64,000 bases of DNA from Octopus vulgaris (lineage: Eukaryota), in contig CATOCA020000003.1 of assembly GCA_951406725.2 (NCBI GenBank), positions 248,001 through 312,000 on the forward strand, read 5' to 3'. The notes beneath the pieces were generated by a model. The model worked only from the letters and a program-made list of their open reading frames with translations. It did not search any database and was not told where the DNA came from. Shown one piece after another: positions 38,611 through 51,129 of this stretch (the stretch's first letter is position 1; each line of letters starts with the position of its first letter). Made by a program: the position numbers and the translations under genes.

Positions 38611-39019
38611 GGCGCAGGAGTGGCTGTGTGGTAAGTAGCTTGCTAACCAACCACATGGTTCTGGGTTCAGTCCCACTGCGTGGCATCTTGGGCAAGTGTC
38701 TTCTGCTATAGCCCCGGGCCGACCAATGCCTTGTGAGTGGATTTGGTAGACGGAAACTGAAAGAAGCCTGTCGTATATATGTATATATATATGTATGTGT
38801 GTGTGTTTGTGTGTCTGTGTTTGTTCCCCTAGCATTGCTTGACAACCGATGCTGGTGTGTTTACGTCCCCGTCACTTAGCGGTTCGGCAAAAAGAGACCG
38901 ATAGCATAAGTCCTGGGCTTACAAAAAGAATAAGTCCCGGGGTCGAGTTGCTCGACTAAAGGCGGTGCTCCAGCATGGCCGCAGTCAAATGACTGAAACA
39001 AGTAAAAGAGTAAAAGAGT
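38611..39019 (+). mobile_element. Octopus-type tRNA-derived SINE
   Basis: Head GGCGCAGGAGTGGCTGTGTGGTAAG...GGTTCAGTCCC, CORE-like CTTGGGCAAGTG, tail AGTAAAAGAGTAAAAGAG; inserted in (TA)n. Confidence 0.92.
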
Positions 39020-39037
39020 ATATATATATGTCTATAT

Positions 39038-40232
39038 GAGATCTTTTCCTTTTGATGGACGGAATTTTCTAGTTAACTAAACAATTTGAAACTTCATATA
39101 CTGGTAGAATGTATCAAAAGAAAACATTATTGTAAACAAAATTGTAATTTGTAAGTTTAACGTACTTTAATTCTTCGAATTTTAACCAATGAAATGCTAG
39201 CATTTGAGCTGAAATCATTTGCTGCGTCTAAAAACTCAGACAATATCCTGTTGCAACGTAAACAGCACACACACACGTGTTATTCATCCTTCTCTCTTCT
39301 GTCTATTGATAAACAAAGGCGGAAGGAGGAGGCATGTGCTAGAAATAACAGCTATATCTCTTAAATCGATGAATTTCGTCGCCCAATAAAAATATTAACG
39401 ATATTTTTTAAATATTTTCTTTATTTTTTTTTACCGAAAAGGCTTCTCCCATGGTTTTGAAGGGTCAGAAACAACAAAAACAAAACAATAATATGCCTAA
39501 ATCGGTCTAGAGAGTGCACGTGGAGTGTGGGTCGTATTGTAAAAATTTGCGAAATATTTTTTCATAAAAGGATGCCCCAGCTTGTCAGAGGCTGTGATAT
39601 AAATTGGGAAAAAAATCCTCGACACCAGTGCGTAATTGGTACTTAATTTATCGACCCCGAAACGATGAAACATTGATCCCCCCCTTCTGGTTTATTTACC
39701 TTTTGTGTAAATTTGTTGCGGCAAGGGGCAAAACACAGAGGGGACAAAGCATGAGATACAAAAGTATTAAGTCGATTCTATCGACACCAGTGCGAACTCA
39801 CGAATGTGTATGTATGCTTGTGTGCGTATGTGTGTGTATGTATATCTCCGTTTGTATGTGTGTGTACGCTTATATATTAATTACTATGTGCTTGTGCAAA
39901 TGTATATGCATGTGTTTGAGAGAGAGAGAGAGAGTGATAGAGAGAGTGTGTGTGTGTGTGTGTGCAAGAGTACGTGTGTATGTATCTGAATATATGTGTG
40001 TCTGCTATGTTTGTTTATCAATATCGATAACGCAGCAAATGATTTCAGCTCAAATGCTGGCATTTCATTGGTTAAAATTCGAAGAATTAAACTACGTTAA
40101 ACTTACAAATTACAATTTTGTTTTCAATTTTGTTTACAATAATGTTTTCTTTTGACACATTCTACCAGTATACGAAGTTTCAAATTGTTTAGTTAACTAG
40201 AAAATTCTGTCCATCAAAAGGAAAAGATCCTC
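39038..40232. mobile_element. Non-autonomous DNA transposon (MITE-like) with ~190-bp TIRs and GAG...CTC termini (Sola-like, tentative)
   Basis: 39038-~39228 is the reverse complement of ~40030-40232. Flanked by TATAT on both sides; no coding capacity. Confidence 0.85.
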
Positions 40233-40539
40233 TATATGCTTACGTAAATATGAATGAATATGCATATGTACATCTGTGTGAATGTTTATATTGTATATTG
40301 TGCATGAAAGCATTAAACTAAAAAAAATTGTTTGTTGACATTCCTTGTCAAAAAAAAAACCCCTCTATTTTCTGAATTCTTTTCTTTGAAAAACAGTAAG
40401 GGTTAGCAACAAGAAGGGCATTTGGCTGTAAAACAAATGACTAAATGATATGTATTTATTCAATCCATGTTAGCATGTATAACTAGCCACAGAACAAATG
40501 AATAAATGACATATAAGTATATATGAATAAAATACAAAC

Positions 40540-40719
40540 CTGAAGATCTTGAGTCAAGAGCCAACAGTACTTCCAGACTATAATTTTCACTCAGTGCTTT
40601 CAATAATTTTTGTCCTTCTTTGTGGAATAGAAATACAAAAGGGATACTGACATCTCGTTGACCATCACCAGACATTGCAAATAGTGGAGAAGATTCACTA
40701 CTTGTACCTTCATTATGGT
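40540..40719 (-). CDS. EDEM3: Internal exon of an EDEM3-like gene (end of the protease-associated PA domain)
   Basis: (D)HNEGTSSESSPLFAMSGDGQRDVSIPFVFLFHKEGQKLLKAL..LEVLL aligns by eye with human EDEM3 [33 protein letters not shown]..VEVLL. Acceptor TTCCAG, donor G|GTTTGT, 180 nt, phase 1/1. Confidence 0.9.
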
Positions 40720-41273
40720 CTGGAACCAAATTTGATAATTTGAAAAAAATTTTAATATTCCATGTAAAAAGAATTAGAGTAAATTTTATAATGATGTTAA
40801 CAAACACTTTAGCAGTAATTTATAGAAACTTTTCAAAATTAGGTTTTTCATGCAAAAAAGAGGGAGGAATACAGAGAGTCAAAACAAATCCAAATTTCCA
40901 TATTTTACACATTATCATTTATATAATAAAATAAAATTTAGAGAAGGAATAGTAACTGAGCATTAACTTATTTTATCCTATGCTACCATGCTAAATTTTC
41001 AATATTTCTTCTTTTGAAAAAAGTAGTTTAACTTTTAGTCATTGCAATTACCTAAGCAATACTAAATTCATTTAATCTATGGCTACATAAATTTTACCAT
41101 ATCTGATATAACATGGATTTTTATAAGGTTGTCAGTAGAGAAGGGACAGTGCTCATAACATTTATGAATCATTCAAGATTTTTGATATCAATGCAGCTAA
41201 CACCCTGCCAGTTCAACTCCAAGTCATTGAATTCAAGAAATTTGTGAGAGGGAGAAACTGAAAAGTTTGTTCA

Positions 41274-41312
41274 AATGTTTATAAGGCATCCGATAGATGC
41301 CTTATAAACATT
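41274..41312. repeat. Perfect 17-bp-arm hairpin
   Basis: AATGTTTATAAGGCATC-CGATA-GATGCCTTATAAACATT. Confidence 0.9.
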
Positions 41313-41809
41313 AGACCATTCCAAATGAAAATAATTTTTTTCTTTAGCCCAGAGTCATCCTCACAGAACAAACTTTAGATCAAAGGTATTTAATTCATGC
41401 CTCTCACCCACTTCTTTTTTTGAGCATTGTATAACTTTTCAAGATGATAGGATTGCAATTTGAAAGAGATTTGACTGCTATTTCTTGCAGGTCAAGTGAA
41501 GCTGCTGAGGCTCCCTTGCTAGCTTCTTCAAAAATATTGTTACCATTGGGTCAGACTGTAGTTCAGTGAAATAAATCATCATCATCTTCTTCTTCTTCCT
41601 CGCTACTGCCATCCATCCTCATCATTATCATTTTATAATCACTCCTTCATCCTGCAGTATCCATTTTTTTTATTCTTTGTTTTTTTTTTTTGCTGGATTT
41701 CTATTTAATTTTGCTTATCTCTTATCTTTTGGTTTTTACTCTTTTTCACATTTCTTAGAATTTTAATAATTTTACAATTTTTTCACTACCTTGAATCATT
41801 ATTGTCATA

Positions 41810-43580
41810 ATCATCACTGTCAGTCATCTGTTTTTCATTTTGGAAAGATTGACAGGAACTGGCAAAGCTGGGAGCTGTACCAGGTTCCATTTGTCTGTTT
41901 TGCATTGATTTCTACAGCTGGATGCCCTCCCTAACACCAACCACTTTACAGAGTGTAGTGAGTGCTTTTTAAGTGGCACCAAACACCGACACCAATACCC
42001 TGCAAGATAAAAGAAAAAAAGGACAAAGATACCTCAACTGGGAGTGGGGAGAAGTACTGGTGGAAAGCTTTGTGCCAGTTAAGAGATTAAAGGTATAGAA
42101 GGATAGAGATACAGGGATTACCAAGTTCAAAGAGAAAGGAAAATGAGTTTGAGAGTAAGATAAGATAAAGAGAAAAATACTGAGAGAGATATGGCAAAGA
42201 CATACCCACAAGGGACTTTGGGGGTGGAAAGAATAAGTGAAGTGATACAGGGGTTTTGGACTAGCTGAGTGGCCAGGACAGGCTTGGGAGTGGGGGTTGC
42301 AGTAGATATATGAGGGCATTGTGGGTGTTAATGATGGAGAACAGTAAGGGGTGGTGGGGAGATAAGGCATGGAAAGGAAATGATTGGTGGAGACTGTAGG
42401 TGGGGAAGATAATGGGAAATGGAAGTGGTTAGGAGTGGGGAAGACAGGTAACTGCAAAAGTTGGAGGGGATGGAATATGTGCTTATTCTGCTCTTAGGTG
42501 GTAGAGAAGTGATGGGTGTTAGAATATGAAATGTGGGTGGAAAGGTTGGCAGGGCAGAGCACCTAATGGACAAGTATTACCAAGATGGTTTTAGGATATC
42601 AATTCTGCTCTGGTGGGCAGGTCTTCTTGATTACAGCAAGGCATGAGATATCTTGATGCCTTGTCATCTTTGTAAAGCTCAGCGTTTTGAAATTGCCCTA
42701 CTTATCTCATTTCTTCCTGGGTCACCATCTCCCACAAGTTTCATCCACTTTAAGTGATTGACACTTTATGCAACTGTTCTCATCCTGTACACTATATTTA
42801 ATTCCTCTTATGCTTCACTTTTCTCTCAATACACTAGCACTCTGTTGCACATATACACAGACATAGCACACTCAGCAGAGCATACTAGCTTCATTCCTCC
42901 TTTAGTCTTCACATATCCTCTACATTCAAGGCCCATATCTCACTATCATGTAGCATTGCTGTTCATATACATACATCACAAAACTTTCCTTTCACTCAAT
43001 GAACAGATGTAAAAGCTGTTTGAACTTTATCCATCCTATTCTTATTTTAGCAAATACATTTTTTGGTGTGGCCTCTTCCACTGCTAATCAGATCACCTAG
43101 GCAGCACAAATTATTCACTACCTCTGGGACATTTGAGAAAATCATTTTCCTGTGTACACTTTACGGCTCCTGTGCATTCTTCTGCATACAAAAACTATTT
43201 TCTCTATTAACCTTCCTATTATTCCATTGCACCTCTTGTGTGTTTATAGTATGCATTGGGGTAACACTGAACGGAATTTCTGCCAACACCATTTCTACAT
43301 ATTAAGCAAGGCCATTTACCTGAAGGGGTTAGGGTCCTGTCCGTTTTCTTGCTTACTAACATCTTAGTTTTTGCAAACTAAACTTTAAGGCCCTTCGATT
43401 CTAGGTTTAGGCTTCATACCTGGAACATTAGTTTCTAGTGGTTCCCATGGGCAGCCAGTCTTTAAATTCCTGCAGTATGATGATGAATAAAAGGAGGCTG
43501 AGGACTGAGCCTTGGTGAACACCAACCTATGCACTGAACTGATTTTACAAGCCATTCGTCTATCCCTAGCTCAGAGACCA
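41810..43580 (-). mobile_element. Decayed RTE LINE (PHD-finger family, older subfamily)
   Basis: VGVHQGSVLSLLLFII, GCPWE and finger remnants, with a 3' UTR similar to 18000-19015. Confidence 0.75.
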
Positions 43581-43805
43581 CCATATTACAAAATGAAGCA
43601 CCCTGTTTTGAACCTGAGGAAGACAGACTTACTGTCAAAATGTTGTTCAGTTCAATAAACAGAGTTAATCTCTGTTTATTACAATAATATTAATAATAAT
43701 AATTATAACATACACAGAAGTTTTATTGACAGTATGGTCAATCTTGGCAGCATCAGCCAATTTAATATTATGATTAGTAATGAAGGCAATAACTCTAATA
43801 ATAGC

Positions 43806-43852
<47 letters not shown>

Positions 43853-44499
43853 TAATAATACACTGGGCTTGCCATTCAAAAAAAAATCTAATCTAATAAC
43901 ATTGGTGGAATGGGATAAAGGAATCTGTGAAAGACTTGAAGGAAGCGGCCTTTTAATGAAAATAATTACAAAAATGAAATTTTACTGCCATACAAAGCAG
44001 AGTTTCTCCCATGCATGATGTCTCAGTGAAATGTGCGAAAGACGCATGCAAAATCAACATTGGAAAGTTTACAAATTATAAAACATAAGTGGAACAAAAC
44101 AGAAAGTACATAAATTGATTAATTACGCATACACTTGAATGTCTACACAATCATATATACATTTTAATACGCATAGGACTACACATACATCTCAATGTTT
44201 ACGCAACTATCTGAAGTTTACAGGACACACATATATGCATATGAATGCATGTGTCACAAATGAAGCAAAAAAATAAAACAATTCTTTTTAAAAATTTTTT
44301 CGATCTAACACAGAGTGAACAACTTTAAAAACACCACAAAAAACTATGCTCAGAGATAAATCTATCAACGAAAAAAAATACAGATGAATACAGATCTGTT
44401 AACCTTAAGAAGCTACGTTACAAGCAACATTTTGATGTTGTCTCAAAATTTAACCCTAAACAGACAGATCCGTCCCCTAATGTCAGCGTCCAAGCTCAT

Positions 44500-45700
44500 C
44501 ATGCCTCAATGATAACAAAGCAAAATACAAACTGGATCAGCCATCACCTGGGTCAACAAGGGCCGTACGCCCCAGTGAGGAACCAAACTGGGTATGAAAA
44601 ATCAGCTACTGGTTTAAATCTTCCTGAAACACAGGAGCTGGAAGTACCCCACAACCGGAATTTTCTAACAGGTGGCCATCCATGCTCATCATCAAATAAC
44701 CAAAAGAAAAAGAATGAAAAATAGTCTAGGGGGAGATAATAAAAAAGTTCTTAAGGCCTTCTATCATGCCATGTATTTCTCCACAAATAAATCTAATACT
44801 GAACAAACCTACCTAAACCGGAGACAGAAACACCTTGAAGTAAGATCCTATATAGACAGTAACAAGCTTGCCAACATCAGAAGAAACATTATGAAAAAGA
44901 AATTACTAATTGAATTAGAGATTGACCAAATTAAACAATCAGTAAGGGATAAACAGAATGAAGTTGCAGCTAAAGAAGATACTACAGAGGAAATAATTAT
45001 AGACCAATCCAAGTCTGATGAAAATGCAGCAATGATAGAGTCAATGCAACTGATAAGCAAAGCGAAATACTCTCTGAACAAACCCCAAACACCAAGGCAG
45101 ATGAAAATCAAATAGAAACTGACCCAACTGAAGTAGATGATCTAAAAAATCAAATCATGATTGAATGGCTGAAAATTGAAGAAACCACTATGAATGAATG
45201 TGGCACTCCCAAAAATTCATAACTCTAACCAAAACCTGAAAGTAATTGGTAAAATCTGCCTTGCACTTAAGGATATAATTTCAGCTAATGATGTTGATAG
45301 TACAGATCTCAACCACCTGTACTATGCATCCGTGAAGATCTCAATGATTCTATGTGGTGGAGAGATTAGAAAACGACAACATTCCCACAAAAAGCTTACT
45401 TAGCAAGAGTGTATTCAACACCAAATTCAGCTACTTAGGTTTGACATGGAATGTTTAAAAAAAAACTTAAGTTTGGCAAGACTATCAAACCAAAAAAATC
45501 TGAAAATTAAAGAAAAAATATAATATGAAAACCATACTTGACATCGATACCACCATAGAAACTATCAAGCAAAAGGTATGTGCTAAAGCTGCCTAGATTC
45601 TTCAAGTACAACATGTTAAAAAATAACCCAAAAACTTTTTACAGGAAGATAGGGAAAATACCTGTGACAATAAAGTCTGTTCCATCAAAAGAAGATGGTT
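44500..45700 (+). mobile_element. R4/Dong-like non-LTR retrotransposon, N-terminal fragment
   Basis: KLANIRRNIMKKKLLIELEIDQIKQ, DLNHLYYAS and NNPKTFYRKI resemble the pre-RT region of R4-clade elements. Confidence 0.55.
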
Positions 45701-47720
45701 GACCCTATCGAAAGCTTTAAATTGATCTAAACTGATCAGAGTCCCACCCATGCCAGGTTCTTTAGCTACTTTTTCTATGATGTATCACATAAAGTGGAGG
45801 TTGTTGTAGATGGATACTTTTGCCTGTGCCTCCTTAACCAGATCACCAATGAGAAGTGCCAACCTCGTAGCTAACACCTTGGCCAAAATTTCAAACTCTG
45901 TATTTAGCAAGAGTTATGGTCCTAAAGTTATTAATACAGTCCCCCTTGTCTGGGTCTTTTCTCAGCAATGCCACTGCTCCTTGGCTCACAAAACTGGGAA
46001 TTCTCCCATTCTGTTGCCAGTTGCAGCAAACAAACAAGTCTGACATTTAAGTGTAAAGCTCATAGGGTAGATCATCCAAACAAGTTGAATATACCCATCA
46101 ATCAGCTAGTCATTGCATCCTATATTTCAGGAGTTTCCATTGCTGAGAAACAATCAGTCTGTTTAAACACATCAGTCTGTTTAAGTAAGAAGACAAGACC
46201 ATCCTGTGATCTGGCTCACCACTTCTCCTGAACAGTTGAGCAAAGTGCTGTTGAACAGCCACTCACATCTGTTTGGGCTTGATTAACATGTGCCTGTTGT
46301 GGTCTGGTAAAAATCAGATTGTGGATTTTTTGCCATGCTGTGCCCCTGCCACTTGGACCCATTGAACGGCTTCTGTCTCTTCATGCCTAAGAGCATGCAC
46401 CTTAGCTCTGACAACATAGTCTTCATGTTTCATGTTGAAGAATTGGTTGAATGCCAATCTCGCTGCAAGCATGTTAGTCACAATAATTTTTCTAAAAGCC
46501 TCATCAAACTTTCTGACTAGCTTAACTCTACTTTGTTTCTTTTTACTGCTAATCCTTTGGTAAAACTTATTGCTTCTATTCTAATCACCCTTTTCAGGGT
46601 GAACCATCATTAATTGTTGACGACAGTTTAACTAATTCACTAATCTGGTCTCTGAAAGCTTTGCATGCTGGCAAGGACATGTTCAGCTTTCAGTAAATGG
46701 ATTCCTGTCTATGGAGCCTATCTAAGTTGACTGTATAGATCACAAATCTGTGATCTGTATAGTCGACTACTTTAAATTGTAGACAACCAATGTTATCCTT
46801 ATCTGCTTCTTTACGACCTGGATGATTTGATGAGGTTTGACTGGCACATAAGGGAAATCCAGTTGATACTTTTCAGACAGTTGGAATAATCTGAGCAGGT
46901 TTGTGAGGCTTTTGCACTCTCCTCCCCGGTCTGCTAAGCCCACACAGACCCACTGTGCATCTAATATCTGTTTGTGTTATGTTGGTATGTGTTTTTATGT
47001 CATTTGTAAAATCTTCATTTGTGCTTGTTGCCATGTAGTTTTTAATGATATTGTCTTTACTTAGTATTTGCTGCAGCTGTTGTTGTTGTTGCTGTGTATG
47101 TGGGATGGGTTGTGTTTGTGGTGTTGTTGGTTGAGGTAGTGTTTTGGCAGTGGTAGTGATGCATTGCTTTATGACTTGCATTTTCATCCTTTCCACTTTT
47201 TGTGTGGATGAAGATTGTTCTTTATCTGTTGCTTTGTTTTCCTTCCTGTCTTTCACTCCGCATCCTGATCAGACTTGCTGTATGACATGTCAGAGCTCTT
47301 GGTATCAGGAAGTGAAACATCTACTGGTGTTGAGAAGTGTCTGGAGGTATCTGTTGTTGGTATGGTGGGAATTGGTGCTGCTGTGGCTGATGTTGTTGGT
47401 GATGGTGCTGTTGTTGTTTTGCAGGTTTGGTGGCAGTTATTGGTGAACTCCTTGGTGTTCTTTTTCTCATTCAATTTGGGGCAGAATGCTTTTAGGTGAG
47501 TAATTGAAAGGCAAATGTGACACTTGGCTTTCCTTCCTTTCACTCTGATTGGTATGATAGTGCCTCCTGGCAGACATAAAGTATTTTGGATAGTGTCAGT
47601 TGGGGAATTTAGTTTGACAGTCAGTTCATTTCATTTGACTAACAGTGTGGTGTTTTTAATTTCCTCTTCAGAGGAGTTGGTGGCCCTAGCAAAAGAGAGA
47701 TTAATGTTTTATAAAGCTAG
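45700..47720 (-). mobile_element. Second, decayed L1/Tx1-like LINE (ORF1 and partial ORF2)
   Basis: Zinc knuckle KCHICLSITHLKAFC, plus RT motifs ITLLNTEFEILAKVLATRL and ISLDQFKAFDRVNH. Confidence 0.8.
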
Positions 47721-48469
47721 TTAGTAGTGGAGGTGGATGCTCAGAGAGTGTCACCACTAGAATACGAATAGCCTGGGCAAAGTTCAGAAAGCTCCTACCC
47801 CTACTGGCGACTAAGGGTCTCTCGCTCAAAGTGAAAGGTAGATTGTATGACGCATGTGTGAGAACTGCCATGCTTCACGGTAGTGAAACATAGCACATGG
47901 TGCTCACACACCCTCTCATTGTGATCTGATGATACTCCTTACTTTCTCCTCCTCCCTCACATACACTGCATTTAGGCGGTGTTGGGGAGAAAATAATAAG
48001 AAATTTTGAATAGAAATTAAATTAAATCAATATGTACCCCAAAAATGGGAGACAACACAAGAAAAGAAACCCACCAGTCAACAGCAATTAAATTGTTGTT
48101 CATGATGGTTTGAATTCCAAATGTGTATACAAAAGTATTTTGTATTATTATTATTATTATTATTCGCCGCCGCCGCTCCAAGAGTGTAATGGGTGCTTTT
48201 TACGTGCCACCAGCATGGGTGCCATCATTTACATGACTGGCAACGGCCATGACTTGGCTTGACGAGTCTTCTCAAACACAGCATATTGTCAAAGGTCTTG
48301 GTCACTAGTTGTTACTTCCATGAGGCCCAACATTTGAAGATCATGCTACTGGCAACGGCCATGATTACAATTTCATGGGTGCTGGAGTGAGGTCAAGTGA
48401 GGCTTGCCAAGCTTATGGCAATACTACTACTACTACTACTACTAATAATAATAATAATAATACTTTCTA

Positions 48470-48780
48470 TAATAGGCACAAGGCCTGAAATTTTGGGGAG
48501 GAGGAGGCTGGTCAATTACATCAACCAGTACATGACTTGTACTCATTTTATCAACCTTGTAAGAATGAAAGGCAAAGTTGAGCTTCATGGAATTTGAACT
48601 TGAAATGTAAAGATGGATAAAATGCTGCCAAGCATTTTTGCCAGGCGTATTAATGATTCTGCTGGCTCACTACCTTTTTTATTTCTCTTTTATCTTTTAC
48701 TTGTTCCAGTCATTTGACTGCGACCATGCTGGAGCACCACCTTTAGTTGAGCAAATCAACCCCAGGACTTATTCTTTGTT
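48470..48780 (-). mobile_element. SINE fragments (two families)
   Basis: 48470-48670 matches the 58443-58640 SINE in reverse. 48690-48780 matches the 3' end of the 38611 SINE. Confidence 0.7.
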
Positions 48781-50356
48781 GTTCATCATAGTCCTCTAGG
48801 CAATAACAGAGGTGTTTAAGATAGGCTGCCCCTAGGAAATCCTCTATGCTGATTCCCTTGTTCTTATAGCTGAATCTTCTCTAGTTCCCAGAACTAGAGA
48901 AGAAGTTCCAGGTATGGAAGCAAGGTCTAGAATTGAAGGGCCTTAGAATCAACCTAGGAAAAAGCAAAGTCTTAGTAAGTAGGATGGCAGACAAATCACA
49001 AGTCCCTTCAGGTAGATGGCTCTGCTCGATCTATAGAAAAGTGTAGGTAGTAACTCTGTAAGATGTACCCAGTGTAAGCTTTGGACACATAGAAGGTGTA
49101 GCAATGTCAGTGGAAGGTTAACAAGGAAAATAGCTTTTGTGTGGTAGATGCACAGGTACAACATCGAAAATGTACAGAAAATAGATTCCATCAGTTGGCA
49201 TGAGGGGGGGGGGGGTTAGCTAGAGGTAGTAGATAGCTTCAGTTACCTAGGTGATCAAGTTAGTAGTGGAGGTTGATGCTCCAAGAGCATAGCTGTCAGA
49301 ATAAGGTTAGGCTGGGCAAAGTTTAGAGAGCTCCTACCTCTGCTAGCAACAAAGGGCCTCTCTCACAGTGAAAAGCAGATTGTATGATGTTTGTGTACGA
49401 ACATCTATGCTACATGGCAGTGAAACATAAGTGGTGACAGCTGAGGACACGTGTAGGCTTGAACAAAATGAAGCCAGTATGCTTTGCTGGATGTGCAATG
49501 TCAGTGTGCATGTTCAACAGAGTGTAAGCATCTTGAGAGAAAAGTTAGGCATAAGAGGCATCAGACGTAGTGTGCAAGAGAGACGAATGTGCTTGAATGG
49601 TCATGTGATGTATATGGATGAAGAGAGCTGTGTAAAGAAGTGCTGATCCTTAACTGTGGAGGGAACCTGTGGTAGAGGTAAACCAGGAAGACATGGGATG
49701 AGGTGGTGAAGCATGATCTCTGAACTTGGGGCTTCACAGAGGTTATGACTAGTGACTGAGACTGGTGATATGCTGTGCTTGAGAAGACCCACCAAGCCAA
49801 GTAAAATCACAGTCGTGGCTGATGCTGGTGTCCCGTAACTGGCACCTGTGAAGGTGACACATAAAAGGCACCTTTTGAGCATTGAGCTTCATGGAGGCAA
49901 AGTGGTTGAGCTCCTTTCAAACGTTGGGCCTCACAGAGGCAATGACCAAGACCTTTGGCATTATGTTGTGTTTGAGAAGACCGGTGTCATGCTGGTGGCA
50001 TGTAAAAGCACCTTTCAAGTGTTGGGATTCATGGAAGCAAGGACTGAGACCATTTGGCATTATGCTAGGCTTCAAACATTGGGCAATGACCAAGTTCATT
50101 TGGCATTATGCTGTGCTTGAGAAGCAGACCCATCAAGTCAAGTAAAACTGCAGTCATGGCAGATACCAGTGTCATGCAAATGGCACCCATGCCCGTGGCA
50201 CATAAATGCACCCATCACACTCTCAGAATGGATGGCATTAGGAAGGGTATCCAGTCATAGAAACCATGCCAAAATAGACTGGAGACTGATACAGCCTTCC
50301 AGCCCTGGTCAAACTATGCTAGCATGGACAACAGACGTTAAATAATGATGATGATG
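48780..50356 (+). mobile_element. 5'-truncated RTE LINE (PHD-finger family)
   Basis: RT and finger remnants, RLEQNEASMLCWMCNVS, a repetitive 3' UTR and a (GAT)n tail. Confidence 0.85.
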
Positions 50357-51129
50357 TAACTTTCATGACCTGGTCCAGCAGTTTGATATTTCTGTAATTC
50401 TATCAAAGGCATCTCTAGTACCTTTGTAACAGTTAACTATAATGCTGATATATATGTTAGACACACACACACAGATGTATGAAGCAGCTAGATAAAATAT
50501 TAGAAATACCACATTATATTTATTTACCTACTTTTTTCAATTGATAATATGACAAATTCAAAACTGTTCTAGTTTTGAATTCATATGCATTATACTTCAT
50601 TATTTTCTATCGTAATAGACATCTGTATTTAAAGTGAGTCCACAGCTGTAACCTACACCAGTGTCGCATAACCAGCCCACTCAAAAGTACCTTGGATTGT
50701 AGGGCGACATGCTGTGTCTGAGGAGACATACTGAGTCAAGTACATCAACATCAGCAATATCAAAATCAAATCAAATGGAAATTGTAGTTGTGAGCTCTGT
50801 GCTGGTAGCATGTAAAAAGCACCATCCGAATGTGGCTGATGCCAGTGCCGCTTTTAGTGGCTTCTGTGCACCATGCGATCATGGTCAATGCCAGCTCCTC
50901 TGGCCCCTGTGCCGGTGGCACGTAAAAGGCACCCACTACACTCTTGGAGTGGTTGGCATTAGGAAGAGCATCCAGCTGTAGAAACACTGCCAATCAAACC
51001 GTCCAACCCATGCCAGCATGATTTAAGTAACTAATCTGATTTGCAAAGACAACAAATTGTTGGGGTGCAGATGGCTAGAGTTTCAGTTACTACAACTACT
51101 GAATTAATGTCTTGAGAGATACAGTTTCT

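Noticed and set aside
38611-38690. tRNA gene
   Set aside because: It is only the tRNA-derived head of a SINE and has no proper cloverleaf.
39604-40155. 183-aa ORF and similar ORFs over (TA)/(TG)/(GA) tracts
   Set aside because: These are artefacts of stop-poor microsatellites.
49740-50220. Spaced short repeats (GGTGGCATGTAAAAGCACC-like) that could suggest a CRISPR-like array
   Set aside because: These are degenerate subrepeats of the RTE 3' UTR present in several copies, in a eukaryotic context with no cas genes.
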